Origin: a virus
DNA length: 64,000 bases
Virus record (IMG/VR): IMGVR_UViG_3300006175_000010
Span: 3,150-67,149 of that record
Strand: one strand, 5' to 3'
Shown: piece by piece, positions 51,271 through 59,381 of the stretch
Numbering within the stretch: the stretch's first letter is position 1
Layout: each line of letters starts with the position of its first letter
Notes under the pieces: generated by a model
Database searches by the model: none
Seen by the model: only the letters and a program-made list of their open reading frames with translations
What the model was told of the DNA's origin: nothing
Program-made: the position numbers and the translations under genes

Positions 51271-52347
51271 TCTATCGGCAATCTCCTTGGATCTCTTAGC
51301 AAGCCATTTCTTGGCTTCCTCATTGGACATGTATTTGGCACCGGAGATTATTCCTTGGGATGATGGAACACCTGTTTTTACTACTTTGGGTTGTTCGTTA
51401 AGAGGATCATTTTCACCTGATATTGATGTTTCTCCTGCATCAACTTTCTTTTTGGAATCAATATCCTGTTTTACATCACCGAAAGACATTGGTTTTGCGG
51501 CTCTCCAATCGTCTAGTTGAGTACCATAATCTTCCTTGCTATTGGAACCACCTGTTATATTTGAATAAGGTTGTTCTGGATGTTCTTCTCCTGCTGAGAA
51601 AGTATTATTCTGTTCATCATTATCTGCTATTTGTCTACCATCCCGTCTCTTGTTATCCTGTGGATTCTGTAGTTTGCCATTGATACCTCTGGATGGATTA
51701 TTATGATTTGTTTGGTCTGCATATTTATTTTTGGCACCTTCAAAGTCTGTAGTATTGCTTGGGTCATCAGACTGTTGGTTTCTTCTTGTAGTTTCAAATG
51801 TAGATTCGTCTCTAAGAATTTCTTTTAGTTCCCTTGGGAAGTGTTCCCATTGCTTGTTTACATAATAAGCAGTATCTCCCACTTTGGCTTTTTGTAACAT
51901 CCAATTCTTGTAAGAATCTGGGATATCCTTCCATAAACCATATACGGTGTAATCTTCTGCCCTGTGAACATCCTTTGTTAGTACTGTATCATATTTGTTT
52001 TCCGGGGTTAATATTAATGCAACTGATCTATCTAGTTTTACTAGGATACCTTCTCTGGTTCCATGGTTATATTTTACTCTCTCTCCAATCCTAGCATTGG
52101 TTTGTATGGTATTGATTTCATCTGCTGTAAGTACAAAATGAGGTACATGTGAAGTAGGCTGTTTTACGGCTGGCTCTTGAGAAGCAGTCATATAAGAGGC
52201 TTTCTTTTTATCAGAATCCCCAAATGCTTCATTATAGGCATCTTGGAATTCTTTGCCTTCTGGAATGAAAAGTCTACGACCACCGGCAGTTACCCAATGA
52301 CCGTTCTTTTGTCCAAATAATTCTTCATCAGGTTTATTATCAGGCAT
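51262..52347 (-). CDS. hypothetical (possibly head-associated) protein with disordered C-terminus
   Basis: 361 aa; GHWVTAGGRRLFI motif. Confidence 0.55.
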   Translation of the reverse strand: MPDNKPDEELFGQKNGHWVTAGGRRLFIPEGKEFQDAYNEAFGDSDKKKASYMTASQEPAVKQPTSHVPHFVLTADEINTIQTNARIGERVKYNHGTREGILVKLDRSVALILTPENKYDTVLTKDVHRAEDYTVYGLWKDIPDSYKNWMLQKAKVGDTAYYVNKQWEHFPRELKEILRDESTFETTRRNQQSDDPSNTTDFEGAKNKYADQTNHNNPSRGINGKLQNPQDNKRRDGRQIADNDEQNNTFSAGEEHPEQPYSNITGGSNSKEDYGTQLDDWRAAKPMSFGDVKQDIDSKKKVDAGETSISGENDPLNEQPKVVKTGVPSSQGIISGAKYMSNEEAKKWLAKRSKEIADRYG

Positions 52348-52392
52348 ATATAAAGGGATTGATTGTTATTACTTATAAAGTTTTCATAAGGT

Positions 52393-52779
52393 TTATATAT
52401 AAGTTGTGTTTTTGTGAGGACATATACCATCTATTCTAGAACCCCAATTACAATTCATACAATAAACTCGGAATCCTTCAGGGAAGTTATGCCCAACTAA
52501 CCATGAATAGATTGTGATCATTCCTATCTCCTTTCTATGTTTGGCTCCATCACCATTCTCATGATCAATAGTCAAGAAACCATAGTTAGATTCTTTGCAA
52601 CAGGCACAAGACATAGAACCATGAGAATAATGGAAAATACAAACAAATTTTTGTAACATACTTTTAATTCTATTAGTATGTTTTTTTCTTCTTTGGTTGT
52701 TCCTATTTCTAACTCTATCCTTTTCTGTTGTAGCAGGTCTAGTATAATTTCTATGTGCTTTAGACCAATCAAAACTCAT
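52393..52779 (-). CDS. HNH endonuclease
   Basis: CACC...LTIDHENGDG...CMNCN. Confidence 0.85.
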   Translation of the reverse strand: MSFDWSKAHRNYTRPATTEKDRVRNRNNQRRKKHTNRIKSMLQKFVCIFHYSHGSMSCACCKESNYGFLTIDHENGDGAKHRKEIGMITIYSWLVGHNFPEGFRVYCMNCNWGSRIDGICPHKNTTYI

Positions 52780-52819
52780 AATATATTTAAATGTTATGGT
52801 GTATAAAAAGGTTTAAATC

Positions 52820-55255
52820 TTATCCAAATATACCTTTGGCATCCAATATGAAGATACGATTACCTGATTCTACGGATTTACAGGCTAATGCTAGTGAATC
52901 TGCACAGTCATCCGGTATTTCAGAGGTTACACGCATTTTATTACCTTCTGTATACTTTTGCTTGAGATATGTTAATTGATAAGCGGTTTTACTCCCACCA
53001 TGAAGGAATATACGTTTATTTTCAAATAGCATCCTCAAGTTTTTGTACAATATTTCCTGTTCCTCGAGCGACATAATTACTGCCCTAATCCTCATATTTC
53101 TAGCATTACAAATATCTATAAGTCCACCGTTATGAGTCCAAAATGTCATTCCGTTTGGAAATCTGGTTAGTATATAATGAGTATCGGAATCTACTATAAT
53201 ATTATAAACATCTTCCATGCTTTCAATTATTGGTTGTGGTGTAAAAACTTTAGAATTAACTCTCCACTCATTAATTATATAAGTATCATGTTTTCTAACT
53301 AGAATTCTACCATTATCTATAACAGAAGTAGAACCTGCTTTCTCTTTTATTCTAAAACCACAATATTTGCCCGTTTTATATATTATCTCAGTTAAATCAT
53401 TCGCTAGTTGTTTACTACTTGTAACATAATTATTGTCTCCTTTATGAATCCAACCATCACCTTTTCTAAATTCATTTAAAAACATACTCAGATATTTTGG
53501 GGATGCATTTTTGATTATATCTGGTATTTTTTTAGTAAAAGCCCTCTTAATAGTTTTATGATTATAACAATTAACTTCTAACCAATCATGTAATCTTTTA
53601 TCATGAATTGAATAAGAGTATTCACCCGATTTACTTCTTCTTATATTAAAATTTAAACCCAATTTATTCAATACTCTCATAATATCTTTATTTTTTGTGC
53701 TTTTCTCTGACTGTGATATGGTTATTCTATAACTATTTAGTTGACTATCTAAGTTGCCTTCACTAATAAACCAACCTAAAAATTCACATAATATTTCACC
53801 ATCTATCAGTAAATCAGGTTTTGTTGGATAAGATCCACCATGTGGTTGTTGCTTTATATGTGATGGTAAATATAAGACTGGTTCTACTCCTTTCCATTTA
53901 AATTCAGTATCAAAATAAACTAGTCCTCTCTGTAATACATGTTCCCAATTTCCAAGTTTAAATGGGTATTCTTTTCTGGTCTTGTAAGGAATCACATGAG
54001 ACCAACTAAATCCATAATCACCGGATTTTATTGTTCTGGTATTAGATATTTTTGATAGATGGAGTATTTTCGATGGTGACATATATCCTTCTTTGTTTTT
54101 ACTATAAACTAAATCATTTTGGGTTATATCTTCTATTTTTTTCCATCCTTTATCTGTTAATAATTCAGTTCCTTTAATCAAACAACCCACTCCACTACTA
54201 TCTAAATATGCCATCTGAACGTTATACTTGTCTATAAACTTTTGTATGGTTCCAGCCAAGTCTACTAGATTACTTTGTGCCTCTGAATAGGTTTCTACAA
54301 GATGTACAACATCGTTTCTGTCTACCCCTATGATTTGGAATACTGTTTCATCCTTACCTTGTCGTGCAATATCACAGCCCATATAATATCTAGTAATAAC
54401 CATAGGTTCTTTTGGTTCTTCCATGGCTTCTTCTATCAATTTCCTTGGGATAAAAGAATCTCCAATTTCTAGGAATTCTCCCTCAACTTCCATTTTATAT
54501 TGTTCTTTAGTAAGTTGTTTAGTGATCTGTTCTAGGAAGTTAGGGTCTTCTTTTATCAAAGGAGAATCAGTTGATTTTGCATGGAATTCTATCCATTGAC
54601 CGTTTGGATTGGAAGGTCTGGAATTCATGCAGGCATTATAGAAAAATCCTACTGGTGAATATGGTGTTGAAGTAAGCCATACATGTACCTTGGTAGCCAT
54701 ACCTGCTGGCATCAATGCGACTATAACATTTTCTGGAAGAAAAGAACATTCGTCTGCTATTATAATATGTGGTGAATAACCTCTGACTGAAGTACCTTGT
54801 TCTCCTGCGGCTCTGGTGTATATTCTTGAAGTTCCTTTTCCGTTTGCAAAAGATAAATGTATTTCTGAGGTAGTTTCTTTTTTGATGTTTTTGGTCAAGA
54901 GTTCACTTCTATGTATCAAAGTTTTAATACGATCTAACATGTTATTTGCCTGATTCTGGGTAGGTGCTACAATTACAATATCACAAACATCAATTACCCT
55001 TTCGTGCATCATTGGGGCAAAATAGGCAAAATGTATAGTCTTTACTGCGGTACTTGTAGTTTTACCGTGCTGTCTTCCTGAACGGTATACGATGAATCTT
55101 TCCTTACAGTCTACATAATTTGCGTTGGTTGGAAACATATCCATTTTTAGAAACACTTTGGCAAATACTGAAGGCTTGTCCATACATTGATCCATTAATT
55201 CAATCAATGCTTTACGGTCTGCCGCAGTCTGTAGAGTTGGTCTACCCGCTGTCAT
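52820..55255 (-). CDS. terL: terminase large subunit (intein-containing)
   Basis: Walker A GRQHGKT, IIADE, STP, GCDIA..G.D, DDCADSLALA. Confidence 0.92.
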   Translation of the reverse strand: MTAGRPTLQTAADRKALIELMDQCMDKPSVFAKVFLKMDMFPTNANYVDCKERFIVYRSGRQHGKTTSTAVKTIHFAYFAPMMHERVIDVCDIVIVAPTQNQANNMLDRIKTLIHRSELLTKNIKKETTSEIHLSFANGKGTSRIYTRAAGEQGTSVRGYSPHIIIADECSFLPENVIVALMPAGMATKVHVWLTSTPYSPVGFFYNACMNSRPSNPNGQWIEFHAKSTDSPLIKEDPNFLEQITKQLTKEQYKMEVEGEFLEIGDSFIPRKLIEEAMEEPKEPMVITRYYMGCDIARQGKDETVFQIIGVDRNDVVHLVETYSEAQSNLVDLAGTIQKFIDKYNVQMAYLDSSGVGCLIKGTELLTDKGWKKIEDITQNDLVYSKNKEGYMSPSKILHLSKISNTRTIKSGDYGFSWSHVIPYKTRKEYPFKLGNWEHVLQRGLVYFDTEFKWKGVEPVLYLPSHIKQQPHGGSYPTKPDLLIDGEILCEFLGWFISEGNLDSQLNSYRITISQSEKSTKNKDIMRVLNKLGLNFNIRRSKSGEYSYSIHDKRLHDWLEVNCYNHKTIKRAFTKKIPDIIKNASPKYLSMFLNEFRKGDGWIHKGDNNYVTSSKQLANDLTEIIYKTGKYCGFRIKEKAGSTSVIDNGRILVRKHDTYIINEWRVNSKVFTPQPIIESMEDVYNIIVDSDTHYILTRFPNGMTFWTHNGGLIDICNARNMRIRAVIMSLEEQEILYKNLRMLFENKRIFLHGGSKTAYQLTYLKQKYTEGNKMRVTSEIPDDCADSLALACKSVESGNRIFILDAKGIFG
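53129..54184 (-). mobile_element. intein with LAGLIDADG homing endonuclease (352 aa)
   Basis: Starts CLIKGTELLT, FLGWFISEG, FRKGDG, DVYNI, ends THN. Confidence 0.9.
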
Positions 55256-55814
55256 TGCTAGTATTCACACTTCCTTTCTTGGTGGCTTCAAGCATCTGGA
55301 ATATCTGTGTCATGTCTTCCCCTGAACCGATTTCTGCCTTGACTGCTCGTATGGTAGTCTTGGAGCGGAGTTCATTCCATAATTGCAACCTTTTAACAAA
55401 ACTGTCTATTTCTGCCCTAGTATTCTTATCAGGAACGTTACCATCTATCTTGGCTTGTGCATAGGCTAGTACAACATTTTCAAAGCCTTCCTTTATGACA
55501 TAATCCAACATGTATTCTACAGTCTCGGGATTTCTTGTATCCAGTTCGGCACAGAGTTTCTTGGTGTCCTTTCTTATGGTACAAACGGAATCAGGTGCAT
55601 ATACTGGACATCCACCCCTACCACCAGCATTGATGGCTCTATATTTACAAGTATTACAAAATGCAGATATACCCTTTTTTGCAAATTTTAAATGCTTGGC
55701 AGAATTAAAAGGTGAAACAGTCTTTCTGCCATCTACAGAAGCCTCTATTTTACCGTCCACTTTCTTTAACTTCATCTGTTCGTTACTTATAGAATCCTCT
55801 GGTTGTTCAGACAA
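55242..55814 (-). CDS. terminase small subunit, putative
   Basis: Directly upstream of and overlapping TerL; Cys cluster plus helices. Confidence 0.55.
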   Translation of the reverse strand: MSEQPEDSISNEQMKLKKVDGKIEASVDGRKTVSPFNSAKHLKFAKKGISAFCNTCKYRAINAGGRGGCPVYAPDSVCTIRKDTKKLCAELDTRNPETVEYMLDYVIKEGFENVVLAYAQAKIDGNVPDKNTRAEIDSFVKRLQLWNELRSKTTIRAVKAEIGSGEDMTQIFQMLEATKKGSVNTSNDSG

Positions 55815-55941
55815 TTTGATAAATAATGAAACGAAAAGGTTATATTTATAGAACGTTTAGATTTGACGGGGTGGGATATATCCTCTACTTGATACTGCTG
55901 TGTGAGGAATCCAATCAAAATAGTCTTTCTTATAAGGGAAT

Positions 55942-56709
55942 CTACGGATTGACATTCTTATCATAAATATGTAATTCATCAAAGAGTGGTAGATAGTGTA
56001 ATGCCAATGAAGCCTTTAATAAACCTTCATGTCTTCCGAATTTTATCTCCAAAAAGGATAGGTTACATTTCTTGACATAATCCTTACAGAGATCCATGGA
56101 ATCCTGTATGGCACCATAATCTGTCACATGGACTTCTTCATATCCATCATTGGTTCTTAGTTGTAGTTTCCCATTTCTGACAGGGTTTAACCATGTTGAA
56201 CTATCTACTGATAGTGGTGGTTTTTCCTGTTTTAACCAACGGGCTTTCGCCAATCCATGGTAGGAATATTGTCTATCCAGAGAATTATAGCCCTTGTCTT
56301 CTTCTTCAATTCCGAGTCCTTTGCCCAGAGCGATAGTGTTGGATCGAAGGATGGGTCTAATAAAATTAATTGCAACCTCATAGTCTTCATGTAGTATGGG
56401 TACCACATTAATATCTCTTTCTAATGCCATATGATAATAGGACATGGTTCTTCTTATTTCCCCGGGTTCGTCATATTGTAGAGCCATATTATAGTTATCC
56501 TTGTTTTCCTTTACGAAATTATAATATTCCTCTGCCTCAAATTTTCTTGCTCCCGATCCTGTGTTTAATATGACTCCGGAGAACCTTTTTCTGAAATCCT
56601 TAATATTCTTCTTAACAAATTTATATGATACAGCAACATTTTTGATACCAGATTGTTCTAATATATTGGCTTGGGTTCTGTTATCTGCTATGAAATAGAA
56701 TAAAGTCAT
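55942..56709 (-). CDS. divergent TGT/DpdA-like TIM-barrel protein
   Basis: SY, TGSGA, D.PG, VPILH, ALG, YHGLA, SVDSSTW pattern. Confidence 0.5.
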   Translation of the reverse strand: MTLFYFIADNRTQANILEQSGIKNVAVSYKFVKKNIKDFRKRFSGVILNTGSGARKFEAEEYYNFVKENKDNYNMALQYDEPGEIRRTMSYYHMALERDINVVPILHEDYEVAINFIRPILRSNTIALGKGLGIEEEDKGYNSLDRQYSYHGLAKARWLKQEKPPLSVDSSTWLNPVRNGKLQLRTNDGYEEVHVTDYGAIQDSMDLCKDYVKKCNLSFLEIKFGRHEGLLKASLALHYLPLFDELHIYDKNVNP

Positions 56710-56930
56710 TTTTTACCAAATAATTCTCTGGTTTGTTTATTCATTCCCCAAATAGTAAATCCGATAGGTATTACTACTAAAAATAGCATACCTATTATAA
56801 AACCAGTTAAATGGAAATATATTGTTAGTGGTAAAACAACACCAAATCCTATACTAACCGTAAGAATTAATGCTATAACATAAATCTGAGTAGCAAATGT
56901 ACCCCAAGGGGAATAATCTTTACTTAGCAA
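56706..56930 (-). CDS. two-TM membrane protein
   Basis: Hydrophobic 74 aa. Confidence 0.6.
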   Translation of the reverse strand: MLSKDYSPWGTFATQIYVIALILTVSIGFGVVLPLTIYFHLTGFIIGMLFLVVIPIGFTIWGMNKQTRELFGKK

Positions 56931-57705
56931 AGTCTAATCCATCCTTGTTGAAACACATTGAATAATATGGGCAGTAACTATTACACATCCATTGGATTAT
57001 CAGTCTGGGTGGTAACTGTTTTGCTTTTAAATATCCAGTCAGTTGGATCATTCTGTTCTGCATGTACTTTTTAGTGGTCTCTATAGGGTCTAGGTCAAAT
57101 GGTAACATCTTTGGATTTTTGAACTTGTCTGCATAATCCAAGGATAATATACACCCTGATTCTGCATCTATTCCTCTTTCTCTCAGAACCATTAATCTGT
57201 ACATGGATAGTTGTGATTTATGCTCTGGTTTTAACCCGTCAAACTGTTTATTGAGTAACATAGATTCAGGCTTGGATAGTTTGGTCTTTTTGTCTGCTAT
57301 TATATAATTCTTGCCGTCTGATAACAACATGATATCATCGGGTTTTCCTACAACAACATTATACCAGAATTCATCCTTTCCTGAAAAGTCTGGGTGTGCC
57401 TTTAATGTCTTTTCATATGGATATGTTTTGTCTTCAAATGGTGAATATATGATAGGCTGTTCATGTAATTCTATGGTAGTTAATTGTGAGTGTGAGTGTA
57501 CTATATTACCACAATAAAAATTCTTGGCAGTTTCACCATCCATTCTTGGGGCTGGGTCTCTCTTGGAATAATAGACATTCCTACCACATTTTGGATTTAT
57601 CAAGTCGGAAACATGAAATATGCCTTCCCTTTTTCCGGATATGTTTTCTACTACGGCTTGGTTGAAGGCAATAAACACATTATCAGAAATAGGATCAGAA
57701 GTCAT
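56920..57705 (-). CDS. Cas4-like PD-(D/E)xK exonuclease (Fe-S)
   Basis: HVSDL..KC.R, G...H, GKPD, IADKKT, QLSMY, CNSYCPYYSMC. Confidence 0.8.
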   Translation of the reverse strand: MTSDPISDNVFIAFNQAVVENISGKREGIFHVSDLINPKCGRNVYYSKRDPAPRMDGETAKNFYCGNIVHSHSQLTTIELHEQPIIYSPFEDKTYPYEKTLKAHPDFSGKDEFWYNVVVGKPDDIMLLSDGKNYIIADKKTKLSKPESMLLNKQFDGLKPEHKSQLSMYRLMVLRERGIDAESGCILSLDYADKFKNPKMLPFDLDPIETTKKYMQNRMIQLTGYLKAKQLPPRLIIQWMCNSYCPYYSMCFNKDGLDFAK

Positions 57706-58064
57706 CCGCAGAGGACTCCTGTTCCAGATTTGTGACACTTTGCTGTGTCATTAACATGTGGTACTAGCATACCATTTTGTTGCACAAGAGTAGTTAATAA
57801 ATCTATCTCTTTTTGTTGGTTCTGGATTATCTGTTGTAGATGTTGGTCTTGTGACTGTCCTATGGAAACAAACTGTGGGAAGAAGAATTTTAGGATATTC
57901 TCTATTTCACAAACTGTTTCTATTGTAGGACTTGTGGCACACTGAAATCCATTACCTTGTGCATGGTCATAGTTACCATAGTCTGTTGCACTTATTGGGG
58001 CAACACTTGAAACTAGAAATATACTAGCCAAGACTATTCCCATGGTTGTTATGATTTTATTCAT
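57702..58064 (-). CDS. secreted/membrane-anchored hypothetical protein
   Basis: Signal peptide then coiled coil. Confidence 0.6.
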   Translation of the reverse strand: MNKIITTMGIVLASIFLVSSVAPISATDYGNYDHAQGNGFQCATSPTIETVCEIENILKFFFPQFVSIGQSQDQHLQQIIQNQQKEIDLLTTLVQQNGMLVPHVNDTAKCHKSGTGVLCG

Positions 58065-58100
58065 GGATTATATAATAATCCCAGACAAATATAAATGTTA

Positions 58101-58454
58101 CTAAAATATCTTTTCTATGCTGAAATTGAATATCGCTGAAGGCTCTGTTAAAATACCAGAATTGTTATATAGTAAGAAAATTCCTTCCCAATTTCCGGCA
58201 TTTGCTAATACCGTATCACCTGTTACCAGAGTATATGAAACCTGTCCTGTCCCACGATTTGAATAGGTACCAGAACCGTTAATTATCAAAGTACCATCTG
58301 GTTTCCAGACATGTATCTTTACTGTTGCGTATGTGGTAGTATTGGATAAATCCTTGACATTTCCAGCCGAATCCTCTATGGTTGCAGTTATAGTATCCAC
58401 TTCACCCACATATACGGTATACTTTAAATTCCTTCCAGTTTGATTTTGTGACAT
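58101..58454 (-). CDS. BppU-like Ig-fold virion protein
   Basis: GE..TI.ATI.D..G...DLS...KPDG...G.VSY...GD. Confidence 0.6.
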   Translation of the reverse strand: MSQNQTGRNLKYTVYVGEVDTITATIEDSAGNVKDLSNTTTYATVKIHVWKPDGTLIINGSGTYSNRGTGQVSYTLVTGDTVLANAGNWEGIFLLYNNSGILTEPSAIFNFSIEKIF

Positions 58455-59345
58455 CTAACTTTTACTCTCATCCTTTAGTGTTTTATCCTTACTTATAGAT
58501 TTTATAGTGTTATTTTTATCCAATCCGGGTATATTTTGTATATTAGTTTTACCTTTCAGGGATAGGTTTCTTGTTATTGATGATGATATAGATTTGGATA
58601 GTGTTTTGATACCTTTAGTAGAATTGATAGAAGCTGAAGATATGGATTCCAATAAAGTCCTTATGTTTTTACTGGAATTAAATGAGGCTGAACTTATATT
58701 TTCTGATAGTTCTTTTATCTTCTTGGCTGAATTTACAGAGGCTATTGATATTGTTGTTGCTACCTGACGTAGTATAAGTGATTCAGTGAATAAGATAGAA
58801 ACTGATTCTACTAATGATGTTATGGTTTCAGGTATTATAATAAAAATATTCTTGGATGCCGATTCTGTCAGATTTGTAAAGGTTTCTGATATGGTTCCAA
58901 AATTGATAAATTTAGAGGTAGATTCTACTAGGGAATTCATGGTTTCCTGAACTGTCATGAATTTTTGTTGGTTGTTTGAATCCGTTATGGATATGATAGT
59001 TTCTGCTGAATTTAGGGATACACTTTTTTGTTGGGCTTCTGTAAGATTGGTTATGATTTCTGAAGCCAAATCATTTGTTTTCTTTGTAGAGGTTTCTGTT
59101 AGGGAACCCAGAGTTTCAGATAGTGAATCAAATGTACTTTTTTGTGTAGTTTCCACTAGGGAATTGATAGTTTCAGAAGCCAAGTCTGTAGTCTTTTTTT
59201 GGGTTGTTTCGGTTAAAGTGGTTATTGTTTCTGAAGCAAGATCATTGGTCTTTTTGGTGACAGATTCGGTTAGGGCTGATAAAGTCTCTGCTACTGAAAT
59301 AATGAATAACTGTGTAGTAGGAATAAAATGTCTGTGATTTCCCAT
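58455..59345 (-). CDS. Thr/Ser-rich repeat virion protein
   Basis: ~18-aa repeats ET(I/L)xxL(T/V)ExxxK. Confidence 0.6.
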   Translation of the reverse strand: MGNHRHFIPTTQLFIISVAETLSALTESVTKKTNDLASETITTLTETTQKKTTDLASETINSLVETTQKSTFDSLSETLGSLTETSTKKTNDLASEIITNLTEAQQKSVSLNSAETIISITDSNNQQKFMTVQETMNSLVESTSKFINFGTISETFTNLTESASKNIFIIIPETITSLVESVSILFTESLILRQVATTISIASVNSAKKIKELSENISSASFNSSKNIRTLLESISSASINSTKGIKTLSKSISSSITRNLSLKGKTNIQNIPGLDKNNTIKSISKDKTLKDESKS

Positions 59346-59381
59346 ATAAGAATCACATCCTTATAATGTTTAAATATTATA

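Noticed and set aside
58455-59345. DNA-level tandem repeat element
   Set aside because: The repeats are degenerate coding repeats of a Thr/Ser-rich virion protein, not an independent element.
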